Origin: Malacoraja senta
Taxonomy: Eukaryota
DNA length: 64,000 bases
Assembly (NCBI GenBank): GCA_038087875.1
Contig: CM075977.1
Span: 164,982,001-165,046,000, forward strand
Reading direction: 5' to 3'
How positions within the stretch are numbered: the first letter of the stretch is position 1; each line of letters opens with the position of its first letter. The translations under genes were made by a program, and so were the position numbers. Positions 1 through 13,204 of this stretch are shown here, in pieces. The notes under the pieces were generated by a model. That model was given only the letters and a program-made list of their open reading frames with translations. It did not search any database and was not told where the DNA came from.

Positions 1-305
1 GGATGTTTCCACTAGTGGGAGAGTCTAAAAGGACGCACCTTTAGCAAGGAGGTGAAGAGGAATTTATTTAGCCAGAGGATGGTGAATTTGTGGAATTCAT
101 TGCCACAGACAGCTGTGGAGGCCTTTATTGGGTATTTTTAAGGCAGCGATTGGCAGATTCTTGATTAGTAAGTGTGTCAAGGGTATGGGGAGAAGACAGG
201 AGAATGGGTTGAGAGGGAAAGATAGATCAGCCATGATTGAACGGCAAAATAGACTTCTTGGGCCAAATGGTCCAATTCTGCTCCTATGATTTATGAACTT
301 ATGAA
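1..305 (+). mobile_element. CR1 3' end
   Basis: MFPLVGES..NLWNSLP remnants, 3' UTR and (TTATGA)n tail. Confidence 0.85.
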
Positions 306-306
306 G

Positions 307-580
307 CCACGATCAGCTTCAATAATAAACGGACGTCAGAGCGACTGGACAGTCGTTAATAAGGCACATAATCTTCCCCTTCTCGAGGATAATGGTTGTC
401 TTAAAGCAGGCGATAACCTCCGATTGGAGTAGGGAGAGGTTACAGATGTCAGCAAAGACTCCAGATAGTCTACACAGGTTCTGAGGGTTTAGCCAGGGAC
501 TTCATCCGGGCCAGTTGCTTTCTGCAGGTTCACACTCAGGAAGGCCGATCTGATGCGGCAATGGTGACAGTGCACCCAGG
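307..580 (-). mobile_element. Old Rex/Babar LINE fragment
   Basis: Reverse complement aligns with 60280-60500 (VN..KA.GPD..PG..L.TC). Confidence 0.6.
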
Positions 581-1904
581 ATTAACGTGTGAAATAAAGC
601 AATTGTTTAAATTTCACACAATAATTTTAAGAATATGATTTTGTTTTTTTTTCCAGAATATTTAATTGATCAGTACATGCAATATTGCAAGACCCATTCT
701 CAAATAAGTGTAAAAGTACATAAGAAAATTTTGTTTCACATTTTCTGTTTTTAATTCTGGCTTCCAGCATCTGCAACATTATGTTCTCAAACATCATCAG
801 CAAAGAACCTCAGAATGAATCATTATGCTACATGGCATCTCTAATTGCCAGAAAGGTAAAAGCTATAGCTGTCTCTGTATTCGCACAACTACAAGTCTCG
901 GTAGACACTGAACTACAGGTGCTTAACTCGGGGTCAAGTATCACCTCTGGTGAACATGGATAGCTCAGTCACAGGAGATAGAGCAAACCAAATCTCATAA
1001 TTTAAGCATGGTCTGGTGCAGTCTGTACAATATGACACTTGCCACCACTTATGTGCACTAAAATAAATGCCTGAAGAGATTAAAGGTTACACCAACATTT
1101 CCAGCAGAATTTCAGACATTCATCAATGAGGCTGGTCTCAGGGCAGGGCCCCTGGATGGAAGTGGTTGCCATTTTTAATGCTGTACTGTAAAACTAGTTC
1201 ATACAAGTCACTTTTTAAATTGAGGTGCAACTGCAACAGGGATGATATACAACAGTTAAACATTCCTGTTTCACAGTAATCAACTGGACTTGTGGACCAT
1301 TAACAGAAATGCTTACTTACAGCAGCTGCCTTCCTACAGAGCTACGAGAGAGAAATCAACACCATTGATCAGCAGACCCTATGCCACTAAACTCTGGGCA
1401 CAATTCCTTCTTCCCACATTTAAGATCCAGTTCCGCTATGTTTTAAAAAAAACAACTTTAAAATAGTTATTTTTCCTAACCCGATTCATCAGCTACAAAA
1501 ACAGGGCAGGATGTGGCTCTGCCAGAACCAGGGTTAGCATCAACGAGGTGTTTTCCCCCCAACTAACCTAACCCACAGGAACTTGTACACCAGCCCTGTG
1601 AGTGGGAGAGCTGCAGTTGCTGTGTGGAAAAGCTGTTTGCATCAGCTCACAAACTGTGGATGGCAGGGCAAGGTTAACGCTTACGAACTGACTGCCATAA
1701 TGACCCCCTCCCTCTCCTGTACATTTCTAGGAGACAGGTTTAAAACAAAATCTTTTTACCCAAGTAACAAATATCAATTTTGGGCAAATCTTTGCAGATT
1801 TTTAACACTTTAGGAATTTATTCCATCAAGATCAACAAAACTTGGAAATCCTTACATGAAGGTTTAATGAATCAGCACCCAATCTAGGGATTTAGCTGGG
1901 GAAG

Positions 1905-2065
1905 ACCTGTAGGTCTTTGGAGTGTGGGAAGAAACCGAAGATCTCGGGGAAAACCCACGCAGTCACGGAGAGAACGTATAAACTCCATACAGACAGCACC
2001 TGTAGTCGGGATCAAACCCAGGTCTCTGGTGCTGAAACTCCACCGCTGCACCATCGTACCGCCAT
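1905..2065 (-). mobile_element. HE1-type V-SINE (tRNA-derived), partial
   Basis: Reverse complement has a box B-like GGTTTGATCC and the V-domain GTATGGAGTTT..CGTTCTC. Confidence 0.8.
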
Positions 2066-3524
2066 GTTGTTATATTGTTTATTTTAATCCCTGGTCTCAG
2101 TCCCAGACCACTTTAGAGAGTGGTAGAAGCATGATAAAATGCCAGGTTATTGTCCATAATTTCTGTGCGCATCAATTATTTTGCACTAAATTGCAATCCC
2201 AGTTATAAAGCCACCTTATTGATATCAGCAATTTACTGTTCCCTTTGCTTTGAAAAGCAACTGAAAATAGACCTACTGACATTTGCAGTCTCTGGATTAC
2301 AAGTCCAACAACATAACCACAACCTGACATATGATGCCAACATTTACCAGAGAATTAATAAACAAAATCCAGCACTAATATGGGTTAGTTAGGATGAAGA
2401 ACAAATTATTTGAGAGAGCTACACTGCAGTTCTTATTTCACGCTTGATGCTTTGCAGCCGAAGGGATTGCAGAACAGGGAGGAGAGGGAGTGAGAGAACA
2501 GAGAGAACAGACAGAGAGGGGGGTGGGCAAGAGTGAGAGAGACTGGGGGGTGGGGGGCAGGGGACCAGGAGAGTGTTGAAACATAGACTAGTGTATTACA
2601 TATTCTTTGTAATGTCATATTTGCCAGAGAAAGCATATTATGATCTGGCAGCATATATTACAAATAGAACGTAGGCAATTTTAAATTTAACCTGCCAGAG
2701 CACTCTCACATACTGCCTTTCCTAGAAGTGTAGCAAGAGATCTTTTCTCCTCATGACTATGAAGCTTGGCATGCATAAAGAGGCCATTTGAAATGCTGCT
2801 AACTCCACGTTAAATAAACAGAGTTGTAAGCATGCAAAAACAAATTTACAATCTGGAATTTATCAATACAGAGTGCATTTTGACAGAACTGCATTCCTTC
2901 AGTAGTGATCCCAAGTACCAGCCAGAATAATATGTTCAGGTTTATGGAGTGTGAGTTAAAATTCACAACTTCTGATCCTATGCTATTGCCACCAAGCTAA
3001 GACCTTAAAATACTCTAGTGAAATAATATATAATTATTGAAGTACTTTGTTCATCTGAACAAGTGACTTAGAATGTGCTGATCTTGTTCTTCAGTTCTCA
3101 GAGGCAGTACAAATATTGGCTGAGTGTTTATTTCATGCATATCCAGAGTATATGGAGACACAAGGACTGAGGATGTTGAAAACACGACATGCTGGAGTAA
3201 CTCAGTGGATCAGGCAGCATCTGTGGAGGGACTGGACCGGCGATGTTTCTTCAGTTTCTGAAGGCTCTTCTTCAGAATCTGAAGAAACGTCACATGTCCA
3301 TTCCTCAATTCAGAAATTAAGTATGCCAAGTAGGTAAAGACCAATCTACTGTGTGATTAGGCTGCAAGAATTACTGTGCAGTTTGGGTATCCAAATTGCA
3401 AGAGATTTTGAGATAGATTTATCAAGATCTAAATCAAAACTGATAAGATTATGAAAATAGATCATACATTTTGGGGATCCTTTTTTCTCGGCATGATTAA
3501 GTCGTTCAGTTCGGTGGACATCTT

Positions 3525-4862
3525 ATAAAAGATGAACATTTGGATAGCAGTAACAGGATCCGTCCAAGTCAGCATGGATTTACGAAGGGGAAATCATGCT
3601 CGACTAATCGTCTGGAATTTTTTGAAGATGTAACTAGGAAAATGTACAAGGGAGAGCCAGTGGATGTAGTGTACCTGGACTTTCAGAAAGCATTTGATAA
3701 GGTCCCACATAGGAGATTAGTAGTCAAAATTAGGGCACATGGTATTGGGGGTAGAGTGCTGACATGGATAGAGAAGTGGTTGGCAGACAAGAAACAAAGA
3801 GTAGGGATAAATGGGTCCCTTTCAGAATGCCAGGCAGTGACTAGTGGGGTACCGCAAGGCTCGGTGCTGAGACCGCAGCTATTTACAATATACATCAATG
3901 ATTTGGATGAAGGGATTCAAAGTAACATGAACAAATTTGCAGATGACACAAAGCTGAGTGGCAGATCGAACTGTGAGGAGGATGCTATGAGAATGCAGGG
4001 TGACTTGGACAGGTTGGGGGAGTGGGCAGATGCATGGCAGATTAAGTTTAATGCGGATAAATGTGACGTTATCCACTTTGCTAGCTAAAACAGGAAGGCA
4101 GATTACTATCTAAATGGCGTCAAGTTGGGAAAAGGGGAAGTACAACAGGATCTGGGGGTCCTTGTACATCAGTCTATGAAAGTAAGCATGCAGGTACAGC
4201 AGGCAGTGAAGAAAGCGAATGGCATGTTGGCCTTTATAACAAGAGGAATCAAATATAGGAGCAAAGAGGTCCTTCTGCAGTTGTACAGAGCCCTAGTGAG
4301 ACCACACCTGGAGTATTGTGTACAGTTTTGGTCCCCTAATTTGAGGAAGGACATTCTTGCTATTGAGGGAGTGCAGCGTAGGTTTACAAGGTTAATTCCC
4401 AGGATGGCGGGACTGTCATATGCTGAGAAAATGGAGCAGCTGGGCTTGTACACTCTGGAATTTAGAAGGATGAGAGGTGATCTCATTGAAACATATAAGA
4501 TTGTTAAGGGTTTGGACACGCTAGAGGCAGGAAACATGTTCCCGATGTTGGGGGAGTCCAGAACCAGGGGCCACAGTTTAAGAATAAGGAGTAAGCCATT
4601 TAGAACGGAGACAAGGAAACACTTTTTCTCACAGAGAGTGGTGAGTCCGTGGAATTCTCTGCCTCAGAGGGCGGTGGAGGCGGGTTCTCCGGATGCTTTC
4701 AAGAGAGAGCTAGATAGGGCTCTTAAAAATAGCGGAGTCCGGGGATATGGGGAGAAGGCAGGAACGGGGTACTGATTGGGGATGATCAGCCATGATCACA
4801 TTGAATGGCGGTGCTGGCTCGAAGGGCCGAATGGCCTACTCCTGCACCTATTGTCTATTGAC
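3525..4862 (+). mobile_element. CR1/HER1 LINE, 5'-truncated
   Basis: RT ORFs 3540-4088 (YLDFQKAFDKVPH, GVPQGSVL, FADD) and 4125-4775; CR1 3' UTR with (CTATTGT)n tail. Confidence 0.95.
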
Positions 4863-7212
4863 ATGGAGATAGCAGCTGTAACTAAATCCAGGGGACATAA
4901 ATACAATCAATAACAGATCAGCAAGATGATTTTAGGAGGAATTCTTTTGATAGAGAACGACGAGAACTCCACGCCATGGGAATGCTTGAAGGATTCATAA
5001 CAATTCAAATTGAATATACAGAAAGTTAGGTTTTATTTAAGATGTGGAGGAGAAAAAAAGAGGGATATGGGGTTACTGCAGGGACAAGAGGATTACTGCA
5101 AGAAAATGAAATTGAGATAAAAGATGGAGGTTCAGTTGTGGCCTTGATGAATGGAATAACAGGTGCAGAAGTCAAGTGGCCAAATTCTGTTTCTATTTCT
5201 TATGAATCGCTTGTTCCAGTGCTGAAGATTCTAAGTAATTTCACACCTAAAACAGTCGGTTATGTGTGAAATACAAGATCACTATTCACAGAACTGCCAG
5301 GCTAGTAATTGAAAATAAAATACAAGGGTGCTTAACACGAGGCGACAAGCATGAAACTGAATTTCCATAATCACATCCCTACTCAGATGAAATAGAAAAA
5401 ATACACTTATTCAGGAAGTGAACAATAAGTCAGCAGCAAGTTCTGCCAGCTACACACATAAGCTATTTTTAAATTGTCAGCTAGGCATCAATGACCTTGA
5501 AGAAGAAATCATGTGTGAACAGGGAGGTGAAAATGACCAGTAAATCTATAATGAGTAAACTACTCCACCAGTTTGTCTTCAGTCACTTCTTATACTGTTC
5601 CCCCTGGCGTTCCTTGCACACGTTACCTGGTGTCCATCCTTCATTATGCCACAAAGGATTTTAAATACCAAGCAGTAGAAATCTAGATTAGTATCTTAAT
5701 GTTACAAAGAGGAATAAGTAAAAATGGAATTTGCACTTATTCAGCCTTTTTGTACACTCTGGGCAGTTCATTGCACTTTATGGCCATTTAGAATTGTCAT
5801 TTTTAAGCAGGTTTTCAAAAACAATAATGGATAAACAAGCACATTACCTGTTACAGTGATACTAGTGGAAGGATAAGGATCTCAAATGACCTTTGAGACA
5901 CTGCTTCTGGATCTTTTAATCTAACACTGGACTGATGAGGCTCGGTTGAAGTCACATCAGAAAGAAGGCCCTTTAATAATGTAGCAATCCCCCAGCTCAC
6001 TGGGATATTAGCCTTGATACAGAGGTCACACCCACACCCACTCAGGTCAATGACACAGACCACCATGGCCTTATCAAAAATACTCTTTTTACTCTTTTAC
6101 TTTTCAAACACTATCAAAATATCTGTTATTTTTCTCACTGCTGTTTTTATGGTATGTTTCTGTATGTACATTTTCCACATTCCAAAACACAAATGTACAT
6201 GTGGGAGAAGGGAGCGTAGGGAAAATGGGGCAACCAAGAAATAATCAAGATTAAAATATTCAAATGGAGCATAAATACACTAAGCTACAGCATGGAGTTA
6301 CCCATCAATTTAAACGTGAACAAAAATGCTTTCCGCGATGAGTTACAATAAGCCAAAGGGCTTAAATGAAGCATTTCAGGCAAATTACAAGGGAAAATGT
6401 TAGCTATCATCTTATATAATAATTGCCAAGATATGCTCAATTGGTTGCTTTGATCTTCAGCAAACCTTTGGCACTCCATGTGGGTTAGTGGTTGATTTTT
6501 GTGGAAGATTACTTAGGAATTAGAGCACATAGCTAAAAAAACATTAAACTTGTGGTCCCTTGAAAATCTTTAGCTTATCTCTATCTTCAGTCAGGTCATG
6601 GGCCAAAATGTGAAGTTTTGAGCAGAGGAATAGACACATTTATATGGCTAGTTCTTATGGACCTTTGTTGGAGACACCTAGTAAAGTCAAACGTTGAACT
6701 CTTTACATATGAGAAACACAAATTGGAAGCAATGCTATCCAAAAGATCAAGAGGACAGTGTTCATTGAGTTAATGCCAATCTTCCAACGTCAGAAACTAA
6801 TATCTGGGAGCATGCAATGTCCAAATGTATGCATAAGTTCTGCCGCAACCATGAGAGGCATGCAATAAATACACTGGTTGAGACATACAACCATATTACA
6901 GGTTTTTGTTTAAAAAAAAGTTCAGCTATCTGTTGGTTTTCCCCTGGGACAATCCAATTTTGCCTGATAATTTAAAGACCAGCCCCTGGTACGGTCAATT
7001 TAAGGGAACAGAGGAAGCTCTGTCAAAATAGTCACAGCTTGAAGGAAACTGCAAACAATAGTTATTTAGTTATTTGTAAAACAATGGCTAATATCACAAT
7101 TGTACCAACCTTGCAACTCAACCCCCATTGAGATTGGCACATTATACACAACATAAATATGTCGATGAACATATCGAGGAGAAATAAATCAGAGTTTTGA
7201 AAGTGCACTTAC

Positions 7213-7804
7213 CTAACATCATTACCACCATGTGCAAATGAACCAAAGCAAGCGGTAAGGATCTGGAGGAAGTGAAAGAGCAGATGGACTTGGGGCTTTT
7301 CCTTCTCCTCCCCGTCTTCATCCGCAGCATTCTCTGGTGGTGGCAAGGGATCACTCAGCTCACTCGCCAGCTTCAATTCCACCTCTCCTTCCTCTGCCTC
7401 AATCTCTGCTTCAGCTACTGCATTGCAGTAGCTCGAATAGCTGTCATAACGAAGCCGTTTCTTGGAGTAGGAGGCCACATCATCGACCAGCTTCTCATTG
7501 TCTTCCACCCCCAGAAAATCTGAGGACTTGAAGGCTGGTTGGACCGGCATGCCGCAGATAGCGGCAGTGTAGCAGGTATAGCTGTTGTTGCGGCGGAGAA
7601 GTCTGTAGGAAGAGCTCTCCGGTTGTGTCCGATCATCAGTGATCTTATCCAAATGCATCCGGTGTAGGAGATCTTTGTATAGTCCAGAGTCTTTGTGCAC
7701 TGTGTGGTACACACGACCGTCACTTCTCGAGTGCCCTTCAAAATTAAATGTACCATTTGAAAAAGGAGATTTTAAGGTGCCATTCGTAAGGGATGCAGCT
7801 CTAC
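7213..7804 (-). CDS. SLC20A2: SLC20A2 exon 8 (large intracellular loop to the AHGGNDV signature)
   Basis: (G)[19 protein letters not shown]...[16 protein letters not shown]...[15 protein letters not shown]...[26 protein letters not shown]...[22 protein letters not shown]; 592 nt; TAG acceptor, GTAAGT donor. Confidence 0.97.
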
Positions 7805-7924
7805 CTATAAAAGTAAATTAGTATCTTTCAGGTTAACAGGTAACATTTACTTTCCAGTTTCCTGGGAACCAAGACAAATTCACAAATATCAGCAATGCAA
7901 CAAGTGCTTTCTCTCACTCTGACT

Positions 7925-8085
7925 NNNNNNNNNNNNNNNNNNNNNNNNNNNNNNNNNNNNNNNNNNNNNNNNNNNNNNNNNNNNNNNNNNNNNNNNNNNN
8001 NNNNNNNNNNNNNNNNNNNNNNNNNNNNNNNNNNNNNNNNNNNNNNNNNNNNNNNNNNNNNNNNNNNNNNNNNNNNNNNNNNNNN
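7925..8085. other. Assembly gap (161 N)
   Basis: Run of N. Confidence 1.
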
Positions 8086-8569
8086 TGTTTAATTGCATGT
8101 GCCAAACCACTACCACACTGGCAGACACAGTCTATAACCCCTTAGGGCACACAAGGATAAATAACATTCTGGCCAGCAATCGCTGTATGCCTAAGAATTG
8201 AAGAAAAAGCTGCCTGGACCAAGGAGGACCCATTCTAATGTATAACCCATTGAGTCCAATAAAATTATGACTAAATCAGCATGGACAGGACTGCTTATTG
8301 GTTCAGGGCAATTTGATGAGCCTATAAACCGACACACAAGGTGGTATCAACATTTAGCTGCAGTATGGCAAGCACCTGGATTAACCCCACTAGTGTGCCA
8401 GAAAACAATTGCATCTGATGCTCAATCAGCTTAGGAGACCATGTACAGCTGTGGCTGATGCAGAGAGTCACTGAGTTCAACAGCATGGAAACACGACCTT
8501 CGGCCCAACTTGCCCATGATCTGGATCTGGATGTAGTACGCTGAAAAGCTCTAGGTAGAGCATCACTCA

Positions 8570-8960
8570 GCACTGGACAAATTTTACACTGGACAATTTT
8601 TACATTTTATCAAGCCAATTAACCTACAAACCTGTATGTCATTGGAGTGTGGGAGGAAAGCGAAGATCTCGGAGAAAACCCACGCAGATCACGGGGAGAA
8701 CGTACAAACTCCATACAGACAGCACCCGCAATCAAGTCAGGTCAAGTTTATTCGTCACATACGAGATGTGTAGTGAAATGAAAAGTGGCAATGCTCGCGG
8801 ATTTTGTGCAAAAACAAACAACCAAACAAACTACAAACAGAATCACATATTCTTTTACATATTAAATATTGTGGGAAGGAAAAAGGGAAAATAAAACAGC
8901 AATTTAAAAAAAAAGTAGAAAAAAACAATCGGGATCGAACCCAGGTCTCTGGCGCTGCAT
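8570..8960 (-). mobile_element. HE1-type SINE split by a LINE 3' tail (about 8731-8928)
   Basis: V-domain at 8620-8730 resumes at 8929 (CGGGATCGAACCCAGGTCTCTGGCGCTG); the insert has a minus-strand AATAAA and a (CTTGA)-type tail. Confidence 0.75.
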
Positions 8961-9365
8961 TCTCTGGAAGTACAACAGGATCTGGGGGTCCTTGTTCATT
9001 GTCCAGGGAGCCCCATCTACACCAATTTACCTGCCCGTGTTTAACCCATATCCTTCTAAACATTTCCCATCCATCTTTACGACTCCTCTTGATTGATAAT
9101 TCCAGTATTTTCTAGGTCTGGATGGTCTACAGATTGTTTAATTGTTTTTAAATCATTTTTTAGGAATCTACGACAGGACCCACTTCCGCCATCAGGAATG
9201 CCTCTCGTGCACCAACCTGTGGGCCCTTGTCTGTAGATTCACAAATTCAAGGAAATATCTAATGTGTGCTGACCACATGGAATCCATCACAACCCAACTG
9301 ACGGCGATCATCGTTGGGCTCATCAAGGTAGCAGAGATTCTATCTTTGCAATGCTCAAAAGTTTC

Positions 9366-10090
9366 AAGTTGGGAAAAGGGGAAGTACAACAGGATCTGGG
9401 GGTCCTTATTCATCACTCAATGAAAGGAAGCATGCAGGTACAGGAGGCAGTGAAGAAAGCGAATGGCATGTTGGCCTTCATAACAAGAGGAGTTGAGTAT
9501 AGGAGCAAAGAGGTCCTTCTGCAGTTGTACAGGGCCCTAGTGAGACCACACCTGGAATATTGTGTGCAGTTTTGGTCCCCTAATTTGAGGAAGGACATTC
9601 TTGCTATTGAGGGAGTGCAGCATAGGTTTACAAGGTTAATTCCCAGGATGGCGGGACTGTCGTATGCTGAGGGAATGGAGTGGCTAGGCTTGTATACTCT
9701 GGAATTTAGAAGGATGAGAAGGCATCTTATTGAAACATATAAGATTATAAAGGGTTTGGACACGCTAGAGGTGGGAAACATGTTCCCGATGTTGGGGGAG
9801 TCCAGAACCAGGGGCCACAGTTTAAGAATAAGGGGTAAGCCATTTAGAACGATGAGGAAACACCTTTTCACACAGAGAGTTGTGAGTCTGTGGAATTCAC
9901 TGCCGCAGAGGGTGGTGGAGGACGGTTCTCTGGATACTTTCAAGAGAGACCTAGATAGGGCTCTTAAAGATAGGAGGGGGGTTTCTTAAAGAAAGTCAGG
10001 GGAGATGGCAGGAACGGGGTACTGATTGGGGATGATCAGCCATGATCACAATGAATGGCTCGAAGGGCCTACTCCTGCACCTATTGTCTA
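9366..10090 (+). mobile_element. CR1/HER1 LINE 3' fragment
   Basis: ORF 9351-9989 nearly identical to 4125-4775; same tail type. Confidence 0.93.
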
Positions 10091-10269
10091 TAAAAAGTGA
10101 GGCCATAATCACAGATCAAAGCTCCCAAATCAGGGCTGATGGATGGCCAATTTGTGATAAATTGGTATCCTCCACCCCATTTACACAAGGCAGCTGCATA
10201 TGTGGGAAAGATTGGGAAGCCAAAAACAATCACATCCCAATGTGACTGGCTACTGTCTGAAAAGGACAG

Positions 10270-11330
10270 TCATAGTATCATATTGCATGGAAACAGGCCC
10301 TTAAGGCCAACTTGTCCAAGATGCCCCATCTAAGCGAGCACCATTTGCCCGCATTTGGCCCATTTTCCTCTAAACCTTTCCTAGCCACGTACCTGTGCAA
10401 GTGACATATAAATGTTACCATTGTATCTGCCTCAACAACCTCTTCTGGCAGCTCGTTCTATATACTCACCACCCTCAGTGAAAAAGTGACCCCTCAGGTT
10501 CCTATTTAAATCATTCCCCTCACTTTAAACCCATGTCCGCTGGTTCTTGAGATGGACACAAAATGCTGGAGTTTCTCAACGGTTCAGGCAGCAGCTCTGG
10601 AGAAAAGGAATAGGTGACGTTTCGGGTCGAGACTCTTCATCAGCAAAATCAATATAATATTCCAAATACGACTTCACCAACATCTTCTAAAACATCCCAA
10701 CTTCTGTACTCAATATCCTGACTGATGAAGGCCAATGGACCATAAGCCTTTTTTATCACCCCATCTACTTGTGCCGCAACTTTCAGAAAATTATTTTAGA
10801 CTTTACTTTAGAGTTATAGCACGGAAACAGGGCCCTCGGCCCACCTAGTCCATGCTGACAAGCGATCACCCCATACACTAACACTATCCTACAAGCATTT
10901 TGCAATTTTCCTGTAGCCAATTAACCTACAAACCTGTACGTCTTTGGAGTGTGGGACGAAACCAGAACCCACACGGTCACAGGGAAAATGTACAAACTCC
11001 GTACAGACAGCATCTGTAGTCAGAATTGAACCTTGGTTTCTGGCGCTGTAAGGAAACAATTCTACTGCTTTGTCGCCTTTATCTGCACTCCCCCAGCTCT
11101 ACTACACTCCCCAAAGCCATACCCTTCACTGTGAACGTCCTGTCCTGGTTTAAATCCCCAAAATGTAGCACCTCATACTTGTTTGCATTAAACTCCATTT
11201 GTCATTCTTCAGCCCTCTTGCTCAGTTGATCAAGATCCTGCTGTAATTTTTGATAACCATCTTCACTGTTGACACCACCTACTGTAGTGCCATCTGCAAA
11301 TTTACTAATCATTAGTGTCATCTGAAAAAT
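10270..11330 (-). mobile_element. Old CR1 fragment interrupted by a pLTR remnant and a SINE
   Basis: Minus-strand 3' UTR at 10270-10550; KFADGT-like RT remnant near 11290-11310. Confidence 0.7.
10795..11070 (-). mobile_element. HE1-type SINE, near full length
   Basis: tRNA-like head, V-domain, CR1-derived 3' end (GGGCCGAGGGCCCTGTTTCCGTGCT) and (CTAAAGT)-like tail. Confidence 0.8.
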
Positions 11331-12589
11331 TACTATTCAGGACACACAATTTAGAGTTTCACAATTGGTAGGTTCATAGCATGCGGGATCAAAGCAAGGG
11401 GAAAGAGTGAATTCTAATGCAGTCATCTAGTTAAGAACTAAAGCAGGGTGTTACATCTCTTTTGTATGTGTTGGATGGAATCTGGGACAACCCAAAAGCT
11501 CATGAAATCACCTTGTTTATGCCAGAAGGAAAGGGAAATAAAATTAGTCATTCGCAGTCTGGCCAGTTTTGCCTTCCCACACAGCGGTTTCCTTCACAAC
11601 TGCTTTGGCCAGTAGATAGCTGCTGAAGAGTGGTTATAAACAAAACATAAGAAAGCAGGTCATGCAGCATAAACAGAGAGTAAAACTGTTGCTGCTTCAA
11701 GTCAATGACCTCTTTTATGACAACCCCACCTTCTACACCAGTGTTTCTAGTAGTTTGTTCCGTCTGAATAAGGGTACCAACACAAAACATTGTCTGTCCC
11801 ATTTCCCTAAACAGATGCTTCTGGGCCGGCATGTATCCTCCAGCACTGCTTTTTCAAATAGTTAACTTAGACTAAAACAGTTTTTCCCTCCACAGATGCT
11901 GCCTGACCTGCTGAGTACTGATAAGAATTTTTATTTGTATTTCTGATTATTGGCATTTGCAGTGTGTGCTACCTGTAGATACACAACTGTGTGGTCAAAT
12001 TCTCAACTCATTTCTTACTATACATACACACAATCCCAGATGAAGTACAAAGTGTACTTTGTACTTTCTACAAATAAATAGCCCACTGAGACCATGTACA
12101 AGAGTCACCATGTTCAAAGTCAAAGTTGCAGCTGGCTGTAAAGGCCGGTTGCCTGGTGGTGTTGCAGAGTTGGCCTGACCAGGCAAAGTTCTAAGCGTCC
12201 TCCACCACTCTATGCAATTTCTGGTCGAGTCCGGTCCACACACAGTCTCTTCGAGCAGCACCAAATCAAATCGAGCCCCAGGCTGCTGCAGGGCCTCCAG
12301 CCGTTGACTCGATCTGGATTGGCCAGCGAGTCGTCATCCGTCTCCTCACGCAACCACCATCCAGCATTTCTGCTCATGGGGCACCTCCTGCTGCCGACCT
12401 TGAGGGCACGGAAGGCAAGAACCTAGTTTCTCTTACTGGCCCTATGTTCTTGTGCCCATCGTCGCATGATCCTCCCGCTCCAGTTCTTCGGGTACAAGCA
12501 GGGTGGCTTCCCTCTTCAGGCAGGTTTCCCCGATGCTGTGCTGCGCGACACGACGGTCTGCCACCTCGCTGCACGACAGTCAACCATGC

Positions 12590-13050
12590 AGCAAATTTAT
12601 GGTACAAGATGTTGACAACTTTCTGCAATCTAAAAGCATATATCTATACTCTTGATTGGAGACTGTTAGTTACAAGGAGAGGCTGGACAAACTTCAATGA
12701 TATTTGCTAGAGTGCAGGAGGCTAAAGGGCTGACACAGGTATATAAAATTATGAGAGGCATAGATAGGGTAATTTTTTGCAGCGTAGGTTTAAGACGAGA
12801 GGGGGAGGAGTTTATAAGGACAGTTATGAGGGGAGTTTTTTTGTATTTACCGAGAGTGATGGCTGCCTGCAACACGCTGGCTAGGGAAAATGGTAAAAGC
12901 AGGTATGATAGCAATATTTAAGAAGCTTTAAGGCAAACACATGAACAGGCAGTGAATGGAGCATATAGACCATGTGCAGCCACATGGAATTAGTTTAGAC
13001 CTGGTCAGTTCAGACATTGTGGATCGAAGGGGCTGCTCCTGTGCTATAAT
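12590..13050 (+). mobile_element. Degenerate CR1 3' fragment
   Basis: VYKIMRGIDRV remnant and 3' UTR. Confidence 0.65.
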
Positions 13051-13204
13051 TGGACAAATTTTAATTGTGAACAGTTTGGCATAAGAGCACGAGGCAAGAA
13101 GAGAAGGTATTAGGGTCAACCATGTTGTACACTGGAGTCACTAATTAATTCTTGTATTTTTTGGGATGTGGACATCTTAGCATAGTCAGCAATACTGACT
13201 ATTT

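Noticed and set aside
1-7200. SLC20A2 exons 9-11 (SNAIGPLVAL onward)
   Set aside because: No matching sequence found. A donor-like GTAAGT at 1320 (-) has no PiT-like coding sequence before it, so these exons are presumably left of the window.
7889-8128. ORFs spanning N runs (also 54167-54539)
   Set aside because: Artefacts of assembly gaps.
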